A DNA stretch of 63,194 bases, filler included, from Octopus bimaculoides (lineage: Eukaryota): NCBI RefSeq assembly GCF_001194135.2. It is 7 parts of 7 records of this genome, joined end to end, with 100 filler letters (N's around TTAATTAATTAA, not from the genome) between each part and the next. Parts side by side here need not be neighbours in the genome. Positions count along the whole stretch, not along the records: positions 24,857 to 42,984 come from NC_068990.1; positions 43,085 to 57,212 come from NC_068986.1; 5 more parts are not named here. One strand, written 5' to 3'. How positions within the stretch are numbered: position 1 is the stretch's first letter; each line of letters starts with the position of its first letter. Below are positions 39,190 through 50,949 of this stretch, piece by piece. A program made the position numbers and the translations under genes. The notes under the pieces are model-generated. The model did no database searches and had not been told where the DNA came from. It was given only the letters and a program-made list of their open reading frames with translations.

Positions 39190-41950
39190 CTTATGTTGAA
39201 TGTGATATTTAAGTCCCACAAATGTTGCAAGTATGAGGATTACAAATCTGTGCAGGTGGTATATTTGCAGCTGCTTTTCTTCTTTGCCATGCACACCAAA
39301 ACCTGTTAATGCTAGTTGCAACAAAGTTTTCAATACCATTTTGACACAACGATCTCAATATTGTTTGTTCCAAGGCTGTTTGCGCAAAAGTGTTGTGAGC
39401 TATCTTCATCTCTAAGAGGTTACTCTTCAGCTTGTCCTGATATCTGAGCCATGATCTATCAGCATTCCTGTGCCCACTTTCAAGCTGGCCATACATGTGG
39501 ACTTTGGGTATTCTTTCGTCACTCATTCTGATGACATGGTCAGCACAGTGCAATTGTGATTGTATAAGAAAGCTCTCAATTCCACCAATCTCACACTAGC
39601 TAAACAAGTCGGCATTACAACATTTGTCTTTTAGTGAATAACCACAGATTCTCCTCAAACAGTCTTTGCGGAAGATGTCTAGTTGGTTAATGTGTCGTCT
39701 ATAGGGTATCCACGATTTTGAGCTGTACAAGAAAGTAGTTAAAATGGCTGCTTCATAGACTTGTACTTTGGTGTCAAGTTTGATGCCCCTTTCATTCCAT
39801 AGGCGATGATGGAGTTTGCCAAATGTGTTGGTTGCCCTTGCAAGATGGTTGATGATTTCATCATGAAGGGAAGGGCTCAAATTCACTTTACTACATGTAA
39901 ATGACTTCACATAATTTAGGCTTTTCCTGTCAACCTGTATAGGAGTGTCAGAAAAACTGTGAACTGGTGGCCTTTGCTTGACACCTCAAATTTGCTTAGG
40001 AGTAGGGCAATGTTGGTAGATTACTTCCATCTTCTTTATGCTGATGGTCAAATCAAAAGCTCTACATGCAGCAGAAAACCAGTCTAGAAGTTCCTGAGCT
40101 TCCTATAAGGAGGTCATCAGCAAAAAGTAGATCATGAATGATACTAGTGTATAGAAGTTCTGGCTTTGAAATGCTGATGATTGAATAGCCCACCACTTGT
40201 TCAAAACTGGAATTTGACACCACTTTGTATGTCACCGAAAGCATACCTAAGTATCACTGAAAAGAAGAGTGCGAACAAAAGAGGGGTCATAACACAACCA
40301 TGCTTTTGTAATGTCAAAGGAAGCCGAAGATTCCACACCAGACATGACAGCAACCTTCACTCTCTCATGAAAGGAGATGATAACACTCACCATCTTGTCA
40401 GGTATACCAAGCTTTTTCATAACTTTCCATAGTGCTTGCTGGTTAACACTATTGAAGGCCTTAGTAAGGTCAATAAATATCAAAAACAACTCTTGATTTT
40501 TCTCACATACCCTCTCCATGACCTGTTGGAGGGAAAAGATCATGTCAATAGTGCCATGACCAGAGTGTGATTCTGGATAGATGTCATTTGTAACATGTTT
40601 GATGATCCTGGCAAGAATGAGTCGATCAAGAATCTTACCAGCAATAGACAGAAACGATATTCCATGATGATTATCACAGACACTTCACTGCACAGCCAGC
40701 TGTTGGACATCTGTGCTGTTATTGTTGAACCAATCTTGATGTTTATGAACAGGAAGTCCAAGAACCTTTACAGATGCAGAGTGCATTGTATCACGCAGAG
40801 CCTTCAAGATAATTCTATGTCATCATTGATATCAACAGTGTTGAGTGCAGTGTCCAACTTGATAGAGAGCTCACTCTGCTTTTCAACAGTTTTCAAAGGT
40901 AGAACATTAATGCGCTTAGGCACAGATGACTTTTGTAGTCTTGTGTATTTCAGATAGAACATAGCCTTACTAGAGTGAAGAGAATGGTCAGAGAGACATC
41001 AGGCCTTATGAAAGGAATGTGTAATGTTAAAGTTCCTAATATCTCATTTCTGAGTGATAATGTAGTTCATGAGATGCCAATCCTTAGATCTAGGATGCAC
41101 CCAGGTCATCTTGCAACAATTTCGCTGTTGAAAAAAGATATTTGTGATGCTTAGACTGAATTCATTCAACCTACACCATGGCAACTAATTTCACCCTCCC
41201 ATGCCTGGTAGTCAGTACCAACACAAGCGTTAAAGTTGCCCATAAGGATAAGTTATCCTTATGGTGACAACTGGAGCTGGTTGTAAAATTCATCCTTTTC
41301 CTGCTCAGTGCTGGTCATAGTTGGGGCATAGCAACTGGCAAGTATAGCATGAGTGTTGTGATCAAGTTCCAACATTAGTGTCATGATATGTCAGAAATAC
41401 CTTAGGGTAGAGAAAGAAGGGATCTAGCTATTTCTGTTTTGATGGCAAAACCAACACCAGACTAGTATGGCACATCTTCATTTCTTCTACACCAGAAAAA
41501 TATGTATCCATCTTTACCTTCTTCTAACTGTGATGATCCTGCAAATGAGTTTCACTAAGTGTAGCTATGTCAATGTTGTATTTCTTTAGTTCAAGGGCAA
41601 CCAATGTTGTTTTTCACTCTGGTGCTGAGTGACTGTCTTGGAGAGTGTGCACATTCCAAGAACTAAGGTTAATATTCTTAGATTTCTTCGTGTTCCATCT
41701 GCATTACAGAATAACCAGACAGCTGCAGTGGGCTGACAAGTTTAAGGTGAGTAAGCAAAGTTTTTGTTCTTTTCTCATCCATCCCCCTGTTGGGGAAAGC
41801 AGTGCTGTATCTAAATGGACCTGCTTTGTCACCACTGGAGGACAAGGACAACACAGTTACTCGTAAGTTCTGTGCTGGAACAGCCATCACCCAATGGTCA
41901 CCAACTGTGCAGAAATCCAGCAAGAGACTTCCAGTAATATCCTTTACCTG
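39190..41950 (-). mobile_element. Near-full-length decayed RTE (BovB-like) LINE
   Basis: Endonuclease start SWNVHTL..KKYNIDIATLSET (~41675-41550); RT FIDLTKAFNSV and DLLFADD (40133-40113); TFGKLHHRLWNERGIKLDTKVQVY; HVIRMSDERIPK..YGQL; C-terminal CNICG. Many stops and frameshifts. Confidence 0.9.
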
Positions 41951-42398
41951 TCCCTACTGCTTTCACTCTCCCACCAGAGGAATTTTTGATATTTTGCAAG
42001 TTGAAGCTGTGCCATATTGAATGAATAAATGCAAGTTGTAAGAAAAACTACAAATATGATTTGATTTGAGTGTTGAAGGCTTGTGTAGAACCAGCCACAC
42101 TTTTTAGAAGTGATGATAGCAAGAAAAAAGTGCACATAGGTGCCACAATATCAAGAAGAACACACCTAAGGCTTTTTCTTCGGAGGTTTCCATCTCCTAG
42201 ATGAGCTGCCATAAACATGCTGGAGAGCCTAGTCTACCCAATGAGTCAGAGTTTGCTGATTGAACAGACTTGTTAAGGAGACTCACAGCAACCAAAGACC
42301 TGGTTTCATATCAGAGTTTCCCTCTCCTAGATGGGATGCTTTCACTATAGTTAAGGAGCTCCATCTTCCCCCTAATATATGGAATTAAATACATTAGA

Positions 42399-42499
<101 letters not shown>

Positions 42500-42722
42500 T
42501 GTACATATATAGTTGGATGGCCATTGACTACTCCTGAGTTCCTCTGCCCTTTATGATAGGTTTTATTTTTCCTCCAGCAGGGTGTCCAACTATCACTCTC
42601 CTTACCAAGCAAGCTTGGTGGTGACCCAACCATGTAATAGATTGTACTGGGTTACATGTTACCAGTATTGAACAAGAGTGACTAATATATATATATATAT
42701 TTATACACACAAACACACACAC

Positions 42723-42757
<35 letters not shown>

Positions 42758-42761
<4 letters not shown>

Positions 42762-42930
42762 AGGGTTGGACAAAATAATGGAAACACCTAGCATCATAGC
42801 ATCATAATTTTGAAATATCAATAAAACCATCAAAAGCTTGTTTATTTTTGTTTTTTGATTTATTATTAGTGTTGCTTAAATATGTTTTGCTAAAATTGCT
42901 GTTCCTTTTCAGTAATAGCTTATTGATATG
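42758..42930 (+). mobile_element. Probable Tc1-type left end (TIR), truncated
   Basis: CACAAGGGTTGGACAAAATAATGGAAACACC next to (TA)n resembles Tc1-family TIRs. No matching right end is present in the window. Confidence 0.4.
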
Positions 42931-43084
42931 TGTGTGTGTATATATATATATAATAATAATAATAATATTAGGGACAAAATCCAANNNNNNNNNNNNNNNN
43001 NNNNNNNNNNNNNNNNNNNNNNNNNNNNTTAATTAATTAANNNNNNNNNNNNNNNNNNNNNNNNNNNNNNNNNNNNNNNNNNNN

Positions 43085-43436
43085 AAATAAGTACAAAATA
43101 GGTGTTTTTTTTGTATGATTGTGTATAGAGGAATATATTATTTTGTTTAAAAGAGTTCCAACACTGTCTGTTTTTTATGTTTTATTTATATTCCTGCAGA
43201 ACCAATGTGGGGTATAGAATATGGAATATACAATATATAATATAATATACAATATATAATATAAAATAAAATAAAATAAAAATGGATGGCACCATGAAAG
43301 AAAGTATTGAATGTAGATGAAATATTGAGTGTTCAATATAAAGGATCAAATATATAAATATAAAAATATAAATATATAAAGGCGACTCGAGTTTCAGGGC
43401 TATTTCCCTTCGTCATGGTCGGTATGGCAGACTTTA
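43085..43436 (-). mobile_element. Young ~350-bp repeat with hammerhead-like fold (copy 2; motif at 43381-43420)
   Basis: Same sequence as 17040-17379 apart from a ~9-bp indel, simple-repeat length differences and a few substitutions, one of which breaks the middle pair of stem I. Confidence 0.8.
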
Positions 43437-43957
43437 TACATACATACATACATACATATATATGCATATACTTATATGTGAATATATAGGTATGCACATA
43501 CATGTATACATTACGTGTATGCGTGTATGTAAGTGTGTATACTGTAGCTAGGATACTAGCATTACAAAACCACAATAAATAATACATATATAAGTAAGAA
43601 GAAATAAAAACGCCCTCCTGGAATCAGTGTTGCTTGGTGAGAAGCTGTGCTCATTACTGGGTGAGCCGTAAATCACAGTAATTAAAGTTTGATAATTAGG
43701 CTGTTAATAAGGCTAATGACGCCGAGTATCGTTCGAAGTTTCTCAGGCTTCTGGAAAGTTGGTCTTTAAAGTTCACAAGACGGTTTATGGTGAGAAAGAT
43801 GGCAACGAGGTCAAGGTCAGTTCTTTTATGTTGCTGCTGCTGCATGGATTGTTGCTTACCTTTTAGTCAGTTGTAATCAAGCGTTCCAGTCGTGCCCGTC
43901 CTTTCTTCTCAAGATATAGTATATATAAAAACTTCACTATATGGTTATTATAAATTA

Positions 43958-45545
43958 GCATCCCTCCGATGGTGTGTCTGGAAGAAGACTAACATTTCTT
44001 TAAAGACCAAGAACCGACTTTTCCATACGCTGGTCCTGCCTGTCTTCCTATTCATGGACCATCCTCAAACAAGGCCTAAACAAGATCGGATCATCCTCAA
44101 ACCTGGACCATCCTCAAATCTGCCTGGACTATCCTCAAACGAAGCCTGAATAAGCTCGGACCATCCTCAAATCTGGACCATCCTCAAACAAGGCCTGAAC
44201 AAGCTCGGACCATCCTCAAACCTCGACCCTCTTCAAACATCCTCAGACCTGCCTGGACCATCCCCAAACGAGGCCTGAACAAGCTCGGACCATCTTCAAA
44301 CCCGGACCATCCTCAAACGAGGCCTGAACAAGCTCGGACCATCCGCAAACAAAGACCATCCTCAAACCTGCCAGGACCATCCTCAAACGAGACCTGAACA
44401 AGCTCGGACCATCCTCAAACCTGGACCATCCTCAAACGAGGCCTGAACAAGCTCGGCCCATCCTCAAACATCCTCAAACAAGGACCATCCTCAAACCTGC
44501 CTGGACCATCCTCAAACGAAGCCTGAATAAGCTCGGACCATCCTCAAACCTGGACCATCCTCAAACAAAGCCTAAACAAGCTCGGATCATCCTCAAACCT
44601 GGACCATCCTCAAACCTGGACCATCTTCAAGCCTGGACCATCCCCAAACCTGGACCATCCTGAAACCTGGGCCATCCTAAAACCTGGNNNNNNNNNNNNN
44701 NNNNNNNNNNNNNNNNNCAAACAAGGACCATCCTCAAACCTGCCTGGACCATCCTCAAACGAAGCCTGAATAAGCTCGGACCATCCTCAAACCTGGACCA
44801 TCATAAAACCTGGACCATCCTCAAACAAGGACCATCCTCAAACCTACCTGGACCATCCTCAAGCGAGGCCGGAACAAGCTCGGATCATCCTCAAACCTGG
44901 ACCATCCTAAAACCTGGACCATCCTCAAACATCCTCAAACAAGGATCATCCTAAAACCTGCCTGGACCATCATCAAATGAGGCCTGAACAAGCTCGGACC
45001 ATCTTCAAACCTGGACCATCCTAAAACCTGGACCATCCTCAAACATCCTCAAACAAGGATCATCCTGAAACCTGCCTGGACCATCCTCAAACAAAGCCTA
45101 AACAAGCTCGGATCATCCTCAAACCTGGACCATCCTCAAACATCCTCAAAGAAGGACCATCCTGAAACCTGCCTGGACCATCCTCAAACAAGGCCTGAAC
45201 AAGCTCGAGGTGTTCCAAATGCGATGTCTCCGTCAGATCCTTACTGTCTCTCTCTACGCGACCAGATCTCAAACGACAACATCCGAGAACAATGCCAGCA
45301 GCTGCCAACCAGTGAAGACCAAGTCCGGCAGTGCAGGTTGCAGTGGTTTGGTCACGTCTGCAGGATGAGCATCGGAAGACTGCTACACCAACTTTTGTGA
45401 CGGCAGTGACCCGCACACTGGAGAAACCAGCGCAGAAGACTTGGGTGAAACAGATTGAGGAAGACCTGAAGTTACAACGCCCCAACCGCGAACATTCTAA
45501 GGTCAGCGCCATGGATCGGAAAGCGTGAAATATCATCATCAGTAT
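43958..45545 (+). mobile_element. RTE-clade LINE 3' fragment interrupted by an internal tandem expansion
   Basis: Left: ASLRWCVWKKTNISLKTKNRLFHTLVLPVFL. Right: WTILKQGLNKLEVFQMRCLRQILTVSL..DQISND..RLQWFGHVCRM...KTWVKQIEEDLK...AMDRKA*. Confidence 0.85.
44055..45207 (+). repeat. Complex minisatellite built on GGACCATCCTCAAAC with variable extensions
   Basis: The 15-bp core is followed by CT, AA, CTGCCT or (G/A)AGGCCTGAACAAGCTC in recurring order. A 30-N gap lies at 44688-44717. Confidence 0.9.
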
Positions 45546-45666
45546 CTAAACCATTGACTACATCAGGGTACTAAACATACGAACTATACAAACTACTGAC
45601 ACAAGAGCGAAGCCTTAATGACGAGGTCATTCATGTTTTATATAGTAACTTATTGAACAACTTCTG

Positions 45667-45713
<47 letters not shown>

Positions 45714-45846
45714 TCATCCATCAAGTGTAGACATGCACACACACACGCACATACACACACACGCACACACGTATCTATAAATGTTTATATGGTATGTGTT
45801 TATATCTAAATCTTTCTATTTCTGTCTGTTTGTCTGTCTGTCTCTC

Positions 45847-45884
<38 letters not shown>

Positions 45885-46316
45885 NNNNNNNNNNNNNNNN
45901 NNNNNNNNNNNNNNNNNNNNNNNNNNNNNNNNNNNNNNNNNNNNNNNNNNNNNNNNNNNNNNNNNNNNNNNNNNNNNNNNNNNNNNNNNNNNNNNNNNNN
46001 NNNNNNNNNNNNNNNNNNNNNNNNNNNNNNNNNNNNNNNNNNNNNNNNNNNNNNNNNNNNNNNNNNNNNNNNNNNNNNNNNNNNNNNNNNNNNNNNNNNN
46101 NNNNNNNNNNNNNNNNNNNNNNNNNNNNNNNNNNNNNNNNNNNNNNNNNNNNNNNNNNNNNNNNNNNNNNNNNNNNNNNNNNNNNNNNNNNNNNNNNNNN
46201 NNNNNNNNNNNNNNNNNNNNNNNNNNNNNNNNNNNNNNNNNNNNNNNCTTACATATCTCAAGCTTTCGTACAAACTTACAAAACATGCAAACATACCTCT
46301 TACATACTTACTTTAC

Positions 46317-46361
<45 letters not shown>

Positions 46362-46466
46362 TATGTGTGTATGTATATATATATATATAATATATATATA
46401 GAGAATTATATATAGAGAGAGAGAGAAAGAGAGGAATTTATATATACATATATATGAATACATGTG

Positions 46467-46469
<3 letters not shown>

Positions 46470-46499
<30 letters not shown>

Positions 46500-46518
46500 G
46501 CCTGCCTGTCTGTCTGCC

Positions 46519-46591
<73 letters not shown>

Positions 46592-46613
46592 GCCTGCCTG
46601 TCTGTCTGCCTGC

Positions 46614-46669
<56 letters not shown>

Positions 46670-46690
46670 GTCTGTATGTCTATCTATATA

Positions 46691-46729
<39 letters not shown>

Positions 46730-46803
46730 TCACACACATACACGCATATATGAATCTCATGGTATAGATACATATGTATGCGTATGTGTTTGTGTGGGCG
46801 TTC

Positions 46804-46840
<37 letters not shown>
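46470..46840. repeat. Compound (TCTA)n/(TCTG)n/(CA)n/(TG)n microsatellite, representative of dozens of (AT)n, (AC)n, (AG)n, (ATAG)n and (TACA)n tracts across the window
   Basis: Directly visible. Most N gaps are flanked by such tracts. Confidence 0.95.
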
Positions 46841-46845
<5 letters not shown>

Positions 46846-47036
46846 CAATGATCTGAGAGAAACATACGGCCTCCCATTATTCTATTATTAATATGAAGAC
46901 AGGTAAGACAAACAAATACATAAATGGAAAAAAAGTAAAACAATATAAAATAAAAATTAACAAAGACAATATCGCTGGAACCGGTTGTTGTTTGGTTAAC
47001 AATGCTAAGACGAACAATAGATACAACAACAACGAA

Positions 47037-47068
<32 letters not shown>

Positions 47069-48731
47069 GCCAAGGAGAGAGCCCCTATGTGGTAATCTAT
47101 TCTGCTAGAAATACAAGTCAAATCTGACTCAGGTAATACCTTGTCGTCGTAAAAATATTTGAACGATTGCCTCGGATGATATAGTGTTATATATATTACT
47201 TGAAATAAAGAGAAAATGGCCACCGTTGGGATGTCTTTAATCATAGGCTTGTTCACTGAGAATTCGCCTGGAGCTAAGCAGCAGTAGCAACAACAACAAC
47301 AACAACAATAGTAGTAATAATTTTAACAATAAAAATGAAAACAAACAAGCGAAGGAAGACACCAGGCCGTCAGCTAAGAAATAAAATAATAGTTTGTTAG
47401 AAATCCAAGTTGATAATACGAAGTAGTGCGCATGTCAAAATGACATTGGCCGACATATTTTTTAAAATGATAGCTTCAAGGCAAAGTTTTGCGTTTTAAT
47501 AACCATTATTTGTCACTTTTGATTCATGGGTGAAAAATGACACACACAAAAAAAATAGAAAACAGAAAAGAAAAAGAAGTGGTATGGAAATAACAACGTC
47601 GCTATAAGCCATTGGAGCTGTATTAAATTAAAATAGTTATCTATGTATCATATTCAATGCATACACACTGTCAATACTCTAGTCACTGCGATAACATCTT
47701 TTATAGAGGTGGTGTAATGAAAACAATAAACATAAGGGATAAATAGATAGAGGGAGATGGGGCGGGATTCGCCCCGACAACGGTCAGCGACATCGTCAGA
47801 TGTATTGCGGTCATTTTGGGCCTTTTCAATAGTCGTATGTTCGGACGAGAATTCGTCGTCTTTGATATAGGAAGAAGTGAATGAAATATTCACTGATGTT
47901 GCAAATAACCGCTCGGCTGAATAAATATCCGTCATACGCAATTGAGGCGGTATTAAATCAAAATAGCTATCTATGTATCATACTTAGGATATATATATAT
48001 ATANNNNNNNNNNNNNNNNNNNNNNNNNNNNNNNNNNNNNNNNNNNNNNNNNNNNNNNNNNNNNNNNNNNNNNNNNNNNNNNNNNNNNNNNNNNNNNNNN
48101 NNNNNNNNNNNNNNNNNNNNNNNNNNNNNNNNNNNNNNNNNNNNNNNNNNNNNNNNNNNNNNNNNNNNNNNNNNNNNNNNNNNNNNNNNNNNNNNNNNNN
48201 NNNNNNNNNNNNNNNNNNNNNNNNNNNNNNNNNNNNNNNNNNNNNNNNNNNNNNNNNNNNNNNNNNNNNNNNNNNNNNNNNNNNNNNNNNNNNNNNNNNN
48301 NNNNNNNNNNNNNNNNNNNNNNNNNNNNNNNNNNNNNNNNNNNNNNNNNNNNNNNNNNNNNNNNNNNNNNNNNNNNNNNNNNNNNNNNNNNNNNNNNNNN
48401 NNNNNNNNNNNNNNNNNNNNNNNNNNNNNNNNNNNNNNNNNNNNNNNNNNNNNNNNNNNNNNNNNNNNNNNNNNNNNNNNNNNNNNNNNNNNNNNNNNNN
48501 NNNNNNNNNNNNNNNNNNNNNNNNNNNNNNNNNNNNNNNNNNNNNNNNNNNNNNNNNNNNNNNNNNNNNNNNNNNNNNNNNNNNNNNNNNNNNNNNNNNN
48601 NNNNNNNNNNNNNNNNNNNNNNNNNNNNNNNNNNNNNNNNNNNNNNNNNNNNNNNNNNNNNNNNNNNNNNNATGGAATGTAGATCGGTCGTGTTGAGAGT
48701 CTCTACATTTTTAAACATACAAATTTGAAAC

Positions 48732-48778
<47 letters not shown>

Positions 48779-49174
48779 TGTCAATAGGCCAAATTACTGA
48801 AGTATTTGTCATGAGATAACGTCTCTTAAGGATGTGCTGTCTGAAAATACAATAAATATCAGAGGACCAAAATAGGCCGAAATGCACCTGACGTTTCGTC
48901 GGCTGATGAATTTTCGTCTTCGTCTGGCATATATTATGTTTTTAACACAGCATGTTCATAAGAGATGTTATCTTCGGAAAAAACACCACGGCAACTGGCT
49001 ATTCGACAGTTTATACATTAAGTATCATATATAGATGGCTATGAGTAACAATAAACCGTATCAAATCTATAGTCTAGTTTACTATTAGATCATAAATTTA
49101 GAGGCATTGACAAATATGTAGATAAGATGTTATTAACAATGAATCTCGAAGTGAATAGAGCTATGAATGATAAT

Positions 49175-50046
49175 TTCTGATTTAGGCACAAGGTCATCAG
49201 TTTCGATTGGTTGGGAAGTCGATTATATTGATCTCAGAATTTGACTTGTCCGTTATTTCTTCGACAGCAAAGTTGGCCTGGATGAGATTTGAACTTAGAA
49301 CATAATAAGCCGGAATCAATACCTCAAGGTATTTTTCGACGCTCTAACGAATGTGTTAATACATCACCCTATTTCAGCAATAAATATTGGTTTCAAATTT
49401 TAGCAGAAGACCTGCAGTTTCGTGGGGAGGAAGTAAGTCGATTAAGTCGACCCCAGTACTCAACTGGTACTTATTTTATCGATATCGAAACGATGAAAGA
49501 CAAAGCCGACCTCAGCGGAATTTGAACTTAGATCGTAAATACAGATGAAATGTTGCGAAGCTCGGTGTACTAACGATTCTGCCAGCTCACCGCCTTAAAT
49601 ATAGATTTCAAATTTTGACACAAAGCCAACACGTTCGGGTGAGAGAGTAAGTCGATTACATCGATACCAGTGCTCAACTGGTGCTTATTTCATCGAACCC
49701 GAAAAGATGAAAGACAAAGTCGACCTCGGTGGAATTTGAACTCATAACGTAAAGGCGGACGAAAATCCGCTTAGCATTTTCTCCGGTGTGCTAACGATTC
49801 TGCCACTTCGCTGCCTTAAATGGTTTCAAATTTTGGCACAAGGCCAGCGGTTTGCGAGAGGTGGTTAAGTCGATTATATTGGCCCCAGTCCTCAAATGGT
49901 ACTTATCTTATCGGCTTCGAAAGGATGAAAGACAAAGTCGATCTCGGCAGAATTTCTACTCAGACAGTAAAGACGGACGAAATACCGCTAAGCATTTCGT
50001 CCGGCATGCTAACGATTCTGCCAGCTTACAGCCTTCACCGCCTTAA
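49175..50046 (-). mobile_element. Head-to-tail array of four family-A SINEs
   Basis: Units are joined almost without spacer, e.g. ...CTGCCACTTCGCTGCCTTAAA|TGGTTTCAAATTTTGGCACAAGG. A similar two-unit array lies at 59942-60352. Confidence 0.8.
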
Positions 50047-50949
50047 ATACTGACAAAAACAACAAAAACAACAAAACCTTAGGACTGAAGCGAGGCGAAA
50101 AGCTGCCTGTAGTTGTCATACCACATGTCTTTTGTAATCCAGTAATTTACCATTGTATATTGAATTAAATGAGCCTATACGCTGTCCCTAGAGACCATTG
50201 AAAAAATTATGATGTAGTCGCAGGTATGGCTGTGTGGTTAAGAAACTTGCATTGCAACTACTTGGTTTCGGGCTCGGTCCCGCGGCACGGCTTCTTGGGA
50301 AAGTATCTTTTACTATAGCTCAGGGCCGACAAAAGCTTTCTGGGGGAAATTTAACGGACTGAAACTGTGTGGAAGCCAGTTGCAAGTGTGTGTGTGCGTG
50401 CGTGTGTGGGTGTCCACGCGTGTCTGTGTTTGTCTCACACCATCGCTTGATACCCAGTGTTGGTTTGTTGACATCTCCATAACTTAGCGGATGGAATAAG
50501 AACCAGGTTTAAACATGTGCCAAGGTCGATTTGTCTGACAAAATGCTTCAAACTGGAGTCCCAACATGGCCGCAGTCCAATGACTGAAATAAGTAAAAGA
50601 TAAAAAGAGCAGTACCGTTCTTAATTCTTCTTTTAGGGTCTCCAAAAATGGGCTAGGATGAAGGAAAGGAGTTATCCTGAGATTGGCACCCATTTATCTA
50701 AAAACTTACAACAAAGTGGACTTCACTAAAGACACCCAAAGTCCACATGGGGATGCTAAATCGGGCGATAGATTAAATCTACATCCAAGAATAACAATGA
50801 GCTCTCCACGCAGTAGTTAATCTCCACTAATTTTCCTTCACAAGATTTTAGCTGATCTAAAATTATGGTAGAAAACATTCACTCGAAGTGCCGCCTAGTG
50901 GAATTGAACTTGAAACCACGTAGTTTACTTAGTAACCCTCTTCACAGAA

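Noticed and set aside
45087-45539. 150-aa minus-strand ORF
   Set aside because: It is antisense to the RTE fragment and its minisatellite; the plus-strand RTE motifs explain the sequence.
48860-48935. Hammerhead-like fragments (minus CGAAGA...GAAACGTC; plus CTGATGA)
   Set aside because: The core is mutated, and stems I and II do not pair convincingly. At best this is a decayed remnant.
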